The position numbers were made by a program, and so were the translations under genes. From contig MU054323.1 of the NCBI GenBank assembly GCA_013239625.1, positions 17,054,029 to 17,118,028 of the forward strand: a stretch of DNA of 64,000 nt. The letters are read 5' to 3'. The notes beneath the pieces are model-generated. The model saw only the letters and a list, made by a program, of their open reading frames with translations. It searched no databases and was not told the origin of the DNA. Below are positions 14,031 to 27,745 of this stretch, in pieces; positions within the stretch are counted from its first letter, which is position 1; each line of letters begins with the position of its first letter. Source of the stretch: Lama guanicoe (lineage: Eukaryota).

Positions 14031-15103
14031 CTAAATGTATGAAAATAAATCAGGTATTTAACTCAACCTGGAATCTCTTTTGCACGACAATACGTACAGC
14101 CTCAGGCTTCTGGCCAGTTGTGTGAGTGCTTGATTGGACTGGTAGCTGTTGATTGGAGTAGGCAGCAGTCATGAATTCCCATTGCCACAACTCAAAGGGG
14201 ACTCAGAGATTGTACTAGAGTGGGAGACAGGTCTAGGGAAGGTCTGGGGAAACTGATAGTCAAGGTCCTTTATCATCTGGCCCCAAATTGCCCTTTAGTT
14301 TTAAATATCATTGCTGACCTGTGTAATTTGTAAAACATTGTCCTGAGTGATGAAGAGACTAGAAAACTATATGAGCTAGTTTCTGACTCCTCAAAGCTTG
14401 CAATCAGGTTGAAGAAACAAGGCACATATAACAGACACATAATAAGAACAGGCACTTAGAATGCGCCAGGCACTGTGCTAACCACTACAGGGGTAAGGTC
14501 GATGATTTCTGACAGAAGCCCTCTAACAGAGGTATTATTATTACTGTGCCCACGGTACAATTAAAGTCTAGAAGAAGTTAAGAGACCTGCCCTAGACTGC
14601 TGTTAGTAAGCTAGAGAGCCAGGACTAAAAACCAAGTGTCTGATCCCAGAGCCAGAACTCGTCATCATAATGAATGATGATTTAATTACTATATTATTTA
14701 TTGCCATGAACATATAAATTGAATTTATATTCACTTATGATACTTATTCCTTCACTAATTTCTACCAGGGCTTAGACAGCTGTAACTCTGGGAAGGCATA
14801 GATTATAGTTATCACTTTTATCATTGGCATAATGAAATTCAGTTAGTTTGCATAGAAAATTACAAATATAATGCACTGTTTTAGTCTTGATTTTTAAATG
14901 TAATTTCTGTAGACAAAGAAAGGCCCAGAAATCATAAGAAAAGTTTCACCATTTTCTGATGGATGCATCATTTGAACAACTAGAAATACAAATAAGATTT
15001 TCATACCCAAACTCAGTTTCTAATATTGCTACTTCACTGAGTATACAAAACTTTTATTTCCTGCCTCAGCTCCTACAAAAATCAAATAAAACCTTAACCT
15101 TAC

Positions 15104-15532
15104 TTGTGAGCACTTATTTCCAAAGGATTGGAATCCTAAAGAGGTATTTTAATTAAGACATGTTTAACATGAAATCCAGCTTAGAACAAAATTCATTCAG
15201 AGACAAATCAATTAGTTCCTATGAAAGTTTGTCAAATCCAGAGTATACTATTTGTGATGATACCACTTTCACGTTAGAGATCACCAAGAAGAAGCGCTAT
15301 GGCGCTGTTACCCAGTCTAGCCCCTTCAATTCATTTGGTTAGTTATGGTGAAAAGAAGCCACCGTTCCAGGAGAATGCACCCTGCAGGAAGTGCCTCAAG
15401 CACTATTACCGCACTGTGTAGTCAAGTGTAACCACAGTGGTATTCTCTTTCAGATTCTATCATCATGCAGGTCTGCGTTGGGGCTGGAGCTGCCACTGTT
15501 TGGCCTCTTCAAAGAAATCATTTGTGACGAAT
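15104..15532 (-). pseudogene. Candidate downstream relic exon(s)
   Basis: Acceptor tatttatttttgcag|A TTC GTC... gives FVTNDFFEEAKQWQLQPQRRP and later LRHFLQGAFSWNGGFFSP. Donor CAA|gtaagg. Heavily disrupted. Confidence 0.4.
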
Positions 15533-16421
15533 CTGCAAAAATAAATACATTGACCCTAGAAGGATATCTGGTATATGACCAGATAATGACAGGTAAAATT
15601 CAGATTCTTATCAGTTATAGCCAGTTACCCTTAGTCTTAGAAATAATGTTTAAATTGTTTTCATCTTTCTCTGACTCATGTGAACTGATAGTTTCAACAT
15701 CTTTAAAAATAATTTTAATAAATAAAAAAGAAAATCATAGTATCTGTCCATTGTTAAGAGTAAATAAAATTTATTAAAGTAAATTCATCTTGCATATGAA
15801 AATGTAGGTAAAACAAAATTAACCAGTACCTGATCACTTTTAACAAAAACATTTTAAGTACTACAGATCATTCCCAATTATAAGTGATCAGTAACATGTA
15901 ATACCTTTTTGTGTGTGTGAAGTATGAGCTCTTAATTCTTTTCTGTTTTTTTTTTAATTTGAGTAAAATAAAAATATCTTGGTTGTGGCCCTCCTGACCC
16001 CATCAAGGAAGTTTCCTTCGTAAGCATGTCACAAACAACTTCATCTTTTCCTGATCTTTAATGTTGCAACCACTATAAAAACAGCAAGGAATGCTAATGG
16101 TAACACATAAAGTAAGCTTTTTAGACCTCAGTTTTTTTACCTTTGCTGTCTTTAGCTTTCTTGGCCTGGCAGTGTCTTTGCATTCCAAATATGTTAGGGG
16201 ACATTTTAATCAAACAGAACAGATTTTAAACAGAATCATATAATTGTTTCCATTGATGCTACTTACTTCCCCATACCATTGCCGCACTTTCCCCACCCCC
16301 ACTCCAAGACCAGAAAATTAATAGTCCACCTTTATTTTAAGATAAGAAAACTGTTTTGCTCCTGCATCTTTTTTTTTTTTTTTTTTTGTCAACCACAAGT
16401 CAGCTATTGGGTTTGGCCTAG

Positions 16422-16555
16422 ACCTGTGCTGTCCAATATAGTGGCCACTAGTCACAAGTGGCTATTTGTATTTAAGTTAAAATAAAATAAAATTCAGTTT
16501 CTGAGTCACACTAGCCACATGTGTACAATTGGCTGCTGCTTTGGACAGTGCTGGA
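16422..16555. mobile_element. MER3/MER33-like hAT element
   Basis: gtgctgtccaatatagtggccactag...ttggacagtgc inverted ends. Confidence 0.65.
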
Positions 16556-19500
16556 CTGGACAGTAGCATAGGGGATGACTGTATCTCATTCATCTATGTG
16601 TCTTCAACACCTAGAACACTGTCTCATACGTGGGAGGCACCAACTAAACATTGGTTGATCAACATTGTTGATCTAAATTAAGCTTCTCTTTCACATAGCT
16701 CAAGAAATAGAAGCACATGAAACAAAGCATGTGAACTTTGCAAATTATGTCTGCAAGTTTCCCAGAGACTGATCTTACCCATGTTTGAAACGAGATCATT
16801 GTAAGATACGATTCAATTTTTCAAACAACTAAACAACTATAGATCATTTTGTGCACTGCATGTACCAAAACACATATTATTTAAATTTGCAAATCAACAT
16901 TTGTATTAAATGTGAGAGTCACATTTAATGGAAGTTTTCCTATTGTGAATATTTTTCAAAAGTGAAATTCCTTTCACAAAGTAAGTAGTCACTCTCTTAT
17001 TTATCTTTAAGAACATGATTATATAAAAATCAGAATTTGCAATGAATTGAGAATTAGACAAACAAAAATAGTTGTATTTAAAGGTGCTATTATAAGTAGC
17101 ACTTTTGTTGAAAACTTTGTAGGATAAAGTTACTATTATAATTAGAAGTAAATAATCAGCACTGTGTAGCACTTTATTATGTACAAAGCAGTTTCATATA
17201 GTTTGCCTCATTTGATTCTCACAGAAACCTCATTAGGTAGGGCAGGTCCTTACTATCTCCATTTGTCAGATGACGTTTGGAAAGTCTAATCTTTTGTCTC
17301 TAAATTCCCATCTCTTCATTATACCAATGAGGACATATGAACCAACTATGATGATTAAATTGGAAATGGAACTTTTAATTTTCTGCTGTAATTGGATGGA
17401 ACTACTTTCCTAGAAATATAATTCTTAAAGCAACATATAATTTGTGTGAGTTAAAATCATTGCTTTACACATCTGAAGATATATATGTACTATATATCGC
17501 AACATCTTTTCAGAGAAGGCCTTCAATAAATATTTGTTAAATAAATCAATGAAAAATGAGTTGTCCTGAAAACAGATTGAGCAGACTATATCAAAGTTCA
17601 GCTGGGAAGAACAGAACCCATTCTGGTTAGTTTAAGCTGGAAGTATTAATACACTTGACAAGAATAATTGAGAATATTAATGGAGCAATTCTCAAAACCA
17701 TACCTCAAAACTAAAATACGAAAAGAGCTGTGCTCTTCCTCATTGAGAAGCCGACAGCTTCCGCAGTACAGCACCACAGCCACTGTCTGGAAGACACCAG
17801 AATCAAGAAGCTGCCACTTTCACAGCCAGCTCCAGAATCACCATACCAACTAATCTGAACCAGCAAAATGTATGCACTGCCAGTGCTTCCTGATGTTCAC
17901 AAAGCTGATGACTGAACAATGACACTTCTGATACCTCTGCTACAGAAGAAAAAATTGCCTCTACAACCATGCCTATCAGAGAAACAGCTCTCCAGATTGT
18001 ACATGGAAGCTTTTGATTATTGAAACCTATATATTTCCATAATAATAGCTGCAACAAAGTCTGGAGGATGTGATTTTTGGTTTACCAGCCCTCAGGCAGT
18101 ACTTGAAGCTTGGAGGAGGATGAAATGACTTAGGTGCAACCTCCTTATCTTCCACGCACACCTAAAAAAAAAAAAATGAACGTTTGGTTTAAGTAGACCA
18201 TGTGTTTTATTCTGCACATTTATAGAATACTGAAAGATTTTATATGTATACGAAGCTCCATGATGACAGAAGAGTTATAGGATCATATCTTGGATCCCAA
18301 GCAATGCCATTTAGGCACAACTTCTTCCAGGGGAAAAAAACGTTTTAATGATGTGCTATTTTGTTAATGTCCGGTAAGTGCAACCTCCCATATCTAGTAG
18401 TACCACCCACTATTTTCTAGATCCATACTCTCAAACTTTAATGTGTACATGAATCACCTAGGAATCTGATGTTAATGCAGATTCTAATTCAGTGATAGAG
18501 CCTGCAAGTCTGAATTTCTAACAAGCTCCCAGGTGATGCTGATGGTGCTGATGTGAAGACCACATTTTGAACAACAGCATTTTATATAAGCCCTCTCTAA
18601 CCAGGTCCCCCAACGAATTGGGTATGCTGAGAGAAAGATTCCCTTCAACCTTTGGGGCAGCTGGGTGAGACCAGGCGCAGGCACAGCCTCCAGGCCAGAT
18701 GACTCCAACTTACATCAGTGTGCAATACAAATATTAATATTTTCTATGTGTGTTGTGATGTAGGAAGCATTTGAATAAATATGTCCGATATTGAGTCTTA
18801 GTCAAGTATTGGCCAATATATGTGCTCTTTTTGGAATCTTTTATTAGTAACAATTTTTTTTAATAGTAAATATTCTTGCAATGAAGAGAACTGAAGATAG
18901 CAATAATCATATCACCAAATCATATCACCAAATTAACTCTTCTAATAAAGACTTAGAAAAGATAGTGCTAATACAGATATTATCTCAATCTGAAAAGCAA
19001 AGTCCTAAGATAACTTCAGCTATTCTGCAAATGACAGCAAAATGACCATAGAAAGGGAAAAAAGAGTCAGTCTGCTTGATTGTTTTCATACTACAATGCT
19101 TTTTGAAGAGAAGTGAAAATTTACAAAAATGATACTTGGAAATATTTCTGCATGAACACCAATGTGTGCCTCTGCAATTCAGACATACTATATACATACA
19201 TATGTTTGGGGAGTTTTTTTGGTTGTCGTTGTTTTGTCCTGCAAACAGTAAGACAAACTCTAGTGCTTTTAAACTAAAGGCAACAGTTCTGCCTAATCAA
19301 ATTGAGTTCTTTTCACAAGGAGTAACATTTCAACCACTCCTTAAACCTCTTTTATGCCCCCCACTTCTCAGCCCTATCAACCAACTGGAGATGGAGCACT
19401 AAGAGGGTAATTTCTGGGTGAGCAAAGAAGAGAGAGAATCTTGTAACCACCACCTTAACATGGAGAGCAATTTTGTGTGCACTCTGGTATGGGGTTCTAA

Positions 19501-19879
19501 ATGGCCAGGGCACGTTGGGTATTGCATGCCAGGGAAAAGGGTGAAGAAAGCTGAGATCACAAAGATAAACTTTACCTACTGCACAACTTTAAAAGATTAA
19601 CTCTGCCCAGTGTTGTAGTGGAGAAGGAAGATTGCCAATGACCTCCAGATTATCAAGCCCTTCTCTTAGATATTCAAATATAAGAAAGAGAAGAATGGAT
19701 TAAAGAAGACAATCTAGAAATGAAACGAAGCATCAAGTCTCTGTTGATTGCTATTTATTTCCTGGTATTTTGGAGGGATCCAGTTGTGACAAGCCAGGCT
19801 TCACAGTTCAATACTGGGACAGAATCAGTAATTGATAATCTGGTTGGCACCATTACCACATCGTGAAAAAATTATTTTT

Positions 19880-20280
19880 AGACACCCACAGCTACAGATT
19901 CAATTCTCTTCCTCTGAATTTTCAGCTGGGCATACAGCCACCCACCTAAAGATTACATTTCTCAGTCTCCCTTGCAGCTAAGCATAGCCGTGTGACAAAG
20001 TTCTTGCCAATGGAATATGAGGAGAAATGGTGGTGCAACTTATGCACCATTTGCTTAAAAAGAAATTGTTTGACTTGTATGACCTTTCTTTCCCTTTTCA
20101 CATGCTGGAGTACAGATGGGGCACTGAGCTTCCACCATACCCAACAGTAAAAATGATACAAGAACAGCAAGATTGAAGGCACCAGGTCCTGGGATGATTT
20201 TTGTGGAGCAGCACCACCCCCATGTACTGTGTGCCTTACTTTGGGACTTCTTGTTTATGGCAGTTTGTAGCCTATACATA
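19880..20280 (+). mobile_element. MLT1-type MaLR LTR
   Basis: Characteristic tacatttctcagtctcccttgcagcta...gccgtgtgac...ttcttgccaatggaat motif. Confidence 0.65.
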
Positions 20281-21337
20281 GCATATCCATGTTAGACCCT
20301 CCAGGGAGGGAAACTGGATTGCTGGAAACTCCAGTTTGAAAAAATATGTTATATATTCTTTTATACTTTTCAGCTTTTGTGCCATGTGTATGTATTCTCT
20401 AGTTATTAAAAATTCACTGATCAATTTTTAATGTCTTTGTGTCTCTTAAATTAAACAAAAACCAGTGTTATCTTGCTAGAGAGTGCTTTTTATCCTGGCT
20501 GAGAGGAAGAGCTATGTGTTTGTTCCCAGACCTTCAATATATTGGCTTCTACCACCAATGTTAGCAGATATTTCTAGCAGAGTCTGATAACAAGAGCTAT
20601 AATCTTTAAATCATCAAGTATAATGATAATTATAAAAACCAATCACAACATAAATGCTAATGGTTTTATGGGAACACAATCTATGCTGTCATCTGTCCCC
20701 ATAAAGTCAGTCAGATCAGTTAGTCTCTTCATGTGTTACTCCTACCCTTGTCTGTCCATTCAACAAATGTTTATAATGTACATTTTCAACCTGATGCTGG
20801 GATGGGCACTAAGGATATGAAGATGAATAAGGCACCATCACAACCCTTTCCTCCAGGAACATAAATATGGGTAAAGCGATATCTGCTCTGCTCCTAAAAT
20901 CATATTGTCTATTCAGAAAGCTTAAACTCGGATGTAATCCTCCCCCAGCACCATTACTTCCCACTTAAAACACTATAGCATTAGAAACTGTAGTTACAAG
21001 CAAACTTTAATTCTCTTTAATAAGCCATTAATAATGAATGTGTTTTGCCAAAGCTAACGTTTATAAGTTTCCTATACCAAGTTTAAGAGCCGTTAAAATG
21101 ATAATACCCTTTATCAAAGTAATTTTACTTGTGAAAATTTAAGTTTAACCCAAGCAAATTTAGAAGCCATATGTATGAAGATGTTCATAACAGTATCTAT
21201 GATATCTGAGTGGGTAAATCATTAAATGAACTATGATTGTCAAATAGATAAAGGGATAATTTCGAGAATCTTAAGACAAAAATAAGATTATTTAGCAAAG
21301 TTTTGAAAAGCATAATACAAACGTGTGTGTGTACAAG

Positions 21338-21530
21338 GGCCTCTCAACCTTGACACTATTGACATTTTGGATTGGATAATTCTTTTTTGAAGAGTTATAC
21401 ATTGTAGTGTGTTTAGCATCATCCTTGGTCTTGCCAGCAACATACACCTGCCCATATTAGGGACAATCAAAAATGTCTCCATTCATTTCCAACTGTTTCC
21501 AGAGGGGCAAAATTGCCCCTGGTTGAGAAT
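21338..21530. mobile_element. MER20-like hAT element
   Basis: ctctcaaccttgacactattgacattttgg...ggttgagaa termini. Confidence 0.7.
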
Positions 21531-22420
21531 CCTTATTAGATGAACTATATGGTTAGTGTATATTCTGTGATTGTAGTTATATATAACACACACATATATA
21601 TAGATAGATATAGATACAGATATAGACAAAGCTGGAAGGAAATTTGAAAAAATTTAAAGGCATTTTAAATAGGATGTTGAAGGTTTTGAAGCTTTTAAGC
21701 ATTCTCTGTAACATTTTTGCAATAAAAATATTAAGGCAATAAAAATGAAATTGAATACCATTATGATTCACAAACTACTAAGGAGTTCTAGTCTTTAAAG
21801 ATTATTGGACATTTTATTATTAGAGATAATTTTTATTTCCCCACTATAAGCATATCATCAAAAGAAACTTTATTTAGATGGTTGAAAAATCATTTTTTAA
21901 GAAACCGTAAAGCCAAATTGATATATGATTCAGATGGGAAAGAAGGACAGAATGACTCATTAATACTGCACGTGATTCTTATTCTGCAGAATGCTTCTTG
22001 GACTTAGCCCACGTTCAGGATTGCCACTGATTTCAAAAGAAACTCTGTACAAGAAAAAAGTGATTCCAGAATTATTTCATCACCGATCCCCATCACTGGA
22101 TTTGAGTAAGAACTTAATGTATGTTTGGCTTCAATGGGAAAGTTACTGAAAACATTTTGACAAAGCCCTATTTCGTAAAAGATGTATTAGTGATTATAGC
22201 ATCTAACATTTGCAGAATACATCGTTCATTCTCTCTAATGGAAGTGAGCACAAGAAATAGAACTTCAGTCATGAACATGTGCTGAGTAACACAGCAAGTA
22301 TAGAATATAAAACAAAGTGTAGGCTACTCTAACACTGTAGGATTGAGAAAGAATAAAACCATTGTCAACATTTATATAGCCATTCTGTTCCCTGCTCCAT
22401 TAGTACAGATGATTAAAAAC

Positions 22421-22750
22421 TTTTTTTTGCCTTTTCTTTCTTTTATTGAAGTATAGCTGATTTATAACGTTGTGTTAATTTCTAGTGTACATCATAGTGA
22501 TTCAATTATTCATATGTGTATGTGTGTATATATATATATTCCTTTTCATATTCTTTTTCATTATAGGCTATTACAATGTATTGAATATAGTTCCCTGTGC
22601 TATACAGTAGGACCTTGTTGTTTATCTTTGTTTATCTAGATTATATATAGTAGTATCTTCAAATCCCAAACTCCCAATTTAACCCTTCACCCCCCCCACT
22701 TCCCCCACTAGTAACCATAATTTTGTTTTCTTCTGTGAGTCTATTTCTGT
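22421..22750 (-). mobile_element. L1 3' UTR fragment (artiodactyl-type)
   Basis: tttattgaagtatagctgattt...gaatatagttccctgtgctatacagtagg motif shared with copies at 40.4k and 48.6k. Confidence 0.8.
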
Positions 22751-24099
22751 AAAAACTATTTTTGAAAGTCTCAATGACATTATTCTGAAAAGCAATCTAT
22801 CTCAGAAGCAGGTGACCCCATGGACCTACACTTTGGCAGAGAGGTTGATGGTTGATGGATACCCTCTCCTGTTCTGAGGCATATATTTGAATCTGTAAAC
22901 AAACACAGAGGTGTTTGACTTTTGACTTAGAGAGTTATGCCTGGAGGTTTGGGCGATTTGAAAGCTGAGGAAGAAAGGAAAAGAGAGATGATTGTGAACG
23001 AGAATCTGGAGAGAGTAGAGTGAAAGGCATGGCCTCTCACCCCTCCACCTCTGCTCCACCCTGCCTACTTGATCCTGTGGACTCATTAGATCTCTCAAGT
23101 GTTTGAATCAGAAGCTGAGGAAACTCTCATGATACTTTGTCAGACTGGGTATATACAGTACTATTTTGAGACCCAGGTAATAAAGAACAGAGTGGACAGG
23201 GGGCATTGTCTTCACTTCTGAATGGGTGGAGCAAAGCAAGTACAGCCAGTGCTGTACAGGTGGAGCAGCAGAGAAGCAGAATTTACATGGCAGGCCTCAG
23301 AACAGATTTTGAACAAGGGGCTTCTTCCGGGAAAGTGGACCACCACAGGAACGTGAGCAGATTTGTTTCTAAGCACATGCAAGAAACCCACTCAAAATAC
23401 CTGAATTAACTGGTGAAGATTTTGTGAGGGGAAGTTATTGAAGTCTTTTAGGTGGGCATGTCTTGTTGATAGGACTGTTTTGGTTCCCATGGGCTAACTA
23501 GGTGTGGAAACATTCAGACTGTATCTGATTTACAAAAAATAACTTGCCAGTTCCCAGCTTTATATTCCATAATATTCCTTACTTTATAAAATAAATATTT
23601 CAGAAAATTTGACTATCTTCTAAAACCCTATTTCCTCATAGGTAGCCATTTTTAGATATCACTTAGATACATAGTAACCATTATATTCTTTTCCAGTCAG
23701 GGAAAAAAAAACAGGTTTAAAAAGTTTTGATAAAGAAGGGCATTGAGATGAAGGCTAGGTTGGAGAAGGCTGGGCATTGACAAGCCAATAGGGGTACTTC
23801 CCCATTCTAAAATTATTCCTTCACTGGAAGCCACTGCCATGGTCTCATGCTCCAAACTATACCAAATTTTTAAGCTCATATTTATGAAACCTAAAGAATG
23901 ATGCTTTAATAACATCATTTCTGCAGGTACTATAATCATCATGCTAAATTAACATTAACTTAATGTTACTTAGAACAAGTCAATTCCATGTTTATTCCAG
24001 AAAATTAGAATATTTTATATTGAATGACGCAGTCTCTGTTAGGGACCATGTGGGCTAGCACACAGGATAAGACTCTACTCCATCAGTGGTAAATGAACC

Positions 24100-25430
24100 T
24101 GTAATGGACATCCCCTGTTTTTAACAGTCTTTTCCTTCTCCTTATAACAGAGCGCTTCTTTCCTGTAAGGAACTCAACTCAGTATCTTAGTTGGGGCTGA
24201 ACTCTCAATCAGGGCCACATGACCATCATCACAAGAGTGCACAAGGGCCAGGCCAGACCAACCAGAATTCCCCATACCCTTCGTGTCATTACTTGTTTCA
24301 GAGATACATGTGACCTAGCAGAACATATCAGAATCACCTTAAGGCTTTTTTTGAAAGAGCTATCGGGAAAGGCTATTCTTTTTTGCTGGATTTGCTAAGC
24401 TGGGAGCATAAACATCCGGGACTTGAGAAACCCAGAATGAAACTGCAAGAGACAAGTAGAGCTAGGGTATAGGGGAGCAGCCCTGATAACTTCATTTGAG
24501 CCTCTGATTCCAGTTATATCTGAAGCTCATTCCATGTTACCTCCTCTTTCTTTTCCTACCATCTGCTCTGGAACAGTACGCTCAATTACTCCAGTCCCAG
24601 ACTAACTTACCCAACTCACCAGGAATAAAAACTGTCACTATTTTCCAGTGCTGAATTCCTAGGGTTTCATTACAGGAATTGTTGCCAATGAAACAACTGT
24701 TGTGGCAAATAAGAATATGCAAGCACATGATTCGTTATCTTCATTAACTTTGACAAAAGTCAGCGAGAAAGATAACAGGTTGAAAATATCTAGAAGCTCT
24801 CTCAAGCCCACATGGTCTAGATAATCCTTCTTACAAACAGAAATTATTTTCCTCATAATATTACTCTTATCTGTGATCAAATCACTTAAAAAACTCCTCT
24901 GTAGATAGTTTCCCAAGGTTCAGTTAGCCAGACGACCTGTGACTTTGCCCCTGCTTGTTATTTACTTCATTTGCATGTGGTCTTTGTCATTATCGAAAAG
25001 AGGGTGTTCTATTGCCAGAACACCTGTCAGGAAGGACTGCGTCACAAGTTGAGTGAAGTTTAAACTACACCAGGTTCAATTCCCACTGTCTTCTTTGCTG
25101 CCCTTGCTTCTGGGTTCACAAAAGCATAGGCATTCTGCAGTTTCTACATATTTCTCTTCTTGTTTTGTGTCCTTCCAAAACTTCTAGCTGACATGTTCAC
25201 TTTGTCCTGAATTTATTCATTTAATTTGTATTACTTATCCTAATTAATGTAGATAGCTTGTGTTCCTCCTACATAATAGATTATTTCTCTGAATTTCTCT
25301 TTTAGACCAAAATTGTTCATTCAGCCCCCTGAGCCTCCCAACTTGCATGAGCCAATAAATTTTTCTTTTGCTTAAGCCTATTTGCACAGGGTTTCTTTCA
25401 CTAAAAAGTTATTCAAGTTCCTGCCACAAT
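24100..25430 (+). mobile_element. MLT1-type MaLR LTR split by a ~0.78-kb insertion
   Basis: MLT1 body ends ...atttgagcctctgattccag...tgaagc at ~24525. The MLT1 3' end (gagccaataaatt...gcttaagcc...ggtttct) resumes at ~25323. Confidence 0.65.
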
Positions 25431-27069
25431 CTGCTCAACTATTAAACCTTTCTCGGGGCGGGGGGTTATTCCTCCTACTTATAGTGAGCCAATTATTGGG
25501 ATGCTCACTACCATAATTCCTGGGATTGAAAATCAGCTTAACTAGATAAAGGGAGGAAAACATGGCAGAGTGACCACATGCCTGTTCCTCCTCTCAAGCA
25601 CCAATAAAATAACAGTAAAGGAATATACGGTAAAAAAAAAAAAAAAAGACACTACCCCCAAAAAGATGAAGAGGAGACAGAAAGAATACTCAACAAACTA
25701 ATAGACGATGGAAAGTAATAACCAACTTAATAGAAGAGAGGCAGTTGCAATCTAAGTATCTCAGAAGAGAATTCCAATGAATAATGAACTAGAAACTGAA
25801 AGTCTCAGTGTTTGGAGGCTCAAAAGGTAGAAATGAAGATGTGACTCTAAAATTAGTGGGATTGGTGGATTATATGTGTGGAAAATGGTTGGACCTCTAG
25901 TGCTAGGTCCCCTTCCAACTTTAAGCAGCCAGATAAATATCCACTCACCACTGCACAGGAGAATGGAGGTTCATACACAAAAGAAAGTAACCCAAAAGGC
26001 TCTGGACTTGAAGACTAAGCCACATGCAGAGCAAGGACAAATCATAGAGTTATAAACTGGTGTGTTATGTAAGAAGCTATAGACTGAACAGTGGAAGCTT
26101 CAGGCGTGTCCCTTTCCTGCTCCTAGAATGCCAGCAGCCACGCATATACCTGGCCCCAACCCCTGCCCAGTCAATTAGAGATTCTCCTCTACAGAGACTT
26201 GACAGTCCCAAAAAAGACACTCCAGACACTGGCAGTAGAGAATCTCCCAGTTGTAAGGCTGGTTCACTACCCGATCATCCTACAGCAAAGTCCTTCAGGC
26301 AACAAACCTCGTCAATGTACCCAGTGTTTCCAGAGAAAATTTTTATGAGTTAGTCTTAAAAATTAATGGCCAGCCAAGGAATCCAGACGTTTGAGAAAAA
26401 CATGGTAAAAGGAAAGACATATCACAAAACAGAGAAAAATGAAACTCAGGTTTTGGAAGCCAGAGAGTTATTGACCCTGGAAAGAGCAAAGTCTAGTTAC
26501 AAACACTGCTTGTGAGGATATTTGATCAGCGGAATTAGTGTTACTATGCCCACAAAGTCTCATGTCAGCTAGGATTGCATTTAGTAGCTAGTAACAGAAA
26601 GCCAGACTACTATGGCTTAAACAAACAGTCTGTTTTTCTCAAATAACAAGAAAGAAGTAGCAGGCATTTGTTCAATATCTCAGTTATGTCAGAGATGGCA
26701 CCCTTGTGATTTTCTCACTCTTTCCTTCATGTCCCTAGATGGTTGTTGCTCTTTCAGGCACCATATACTGTTCAAGGCAGGACAGGGAAGGAAGGGGCCA
26801 AATATGGAGCCAGCTATGTCTGACTTCATTGTATCATCTTATTGCCAGAAGCACATCACACCACTACCTCCACTGCCATCACCATTTTGCCTGGGACACT
26901 CACATTGACACTGGGATGAGCCATTGCTGCCTTAACAAAATCAGGATTATCCCAACAAGAAAGAAGAGGGAAATGTTCATTGATTAGGTAACTAGCAGTG
27001 TCTACTACAGTCTTCAAATTAAAATTGCTTCTCTGGAATGTACACTTTCATAGACTTGTTATATAATGT

Positions 27070-27745
27070 CTCCACACCCTCTTCAGCATTTATTGTTTAT
27101 GGACTCTTTAATGATGGCCATTTTGCCTGGTGTGAGGTGATACCTCATTGTAGTTTTGATTTGCATTTCTCTGATAATTAAGAGATATTGAGCATCTTTT
27201 CCTATGCTTTGGCCATCTGTATGTCTGTATGTCTTCTTGGAGAAATATCTCTTTAGATCTTCTGCCAATTTTTGGATTGGGTTATTTATTGTTACTGAAT
27301 TGTATGAGCTGTTTGTATATTCTGGAAATTAAGCCCTTGTCAGTCACATTATTTGCAAATATTTTCCCCCATTCCATAGGTTGTCTTTTAATTTTGTTTA
27401 TGTTTTCCTTTGCTGTGCAAAAGTTTGTAAGTTTGATTGGGTCTTATTTATTTTTGTTTTTATTTCTATTGCCTTGGGAGACTGACCTAGGAAAACATTG
27501 CTACAATTTATGTCAGAGAATATTTTGCCTATATTCTCTTCTAGGAAATTTATGGTGTCCTGTCTTAGATTTAAGTCTTTATGCCATTTTGAGTTTATTT
27601 TTGTATATGGTATGAGGGGATATTCTAACTTCATTGATTTATAGGCAGCTATCCAGCTTTCCCAACACCACTTGCTGAAGAGACTCTTCTCTCCATTGTA
27701 TATTCTTCCTCCTTTGTCAAAGATTAATTGACCGCAGGTGTATGG
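27070..27745 (-). mobile_element. L1 ORF2 C-terminal fragment
   Basis: Translates to L1 ORF2-like segments: MKLEYPLIPYTKINSKWHKDLNLR..., [18 protein letters not shown]. Confidence 0.9.

Noticed and set aside
24620..25206. Exon of the relic gene (has a CTG|gtgagt donor)
   Set aside because: It lies inside a split MLT1 LTR, so it is probably a later insertion, and its acceptor is weak. Reported separately as a finding.
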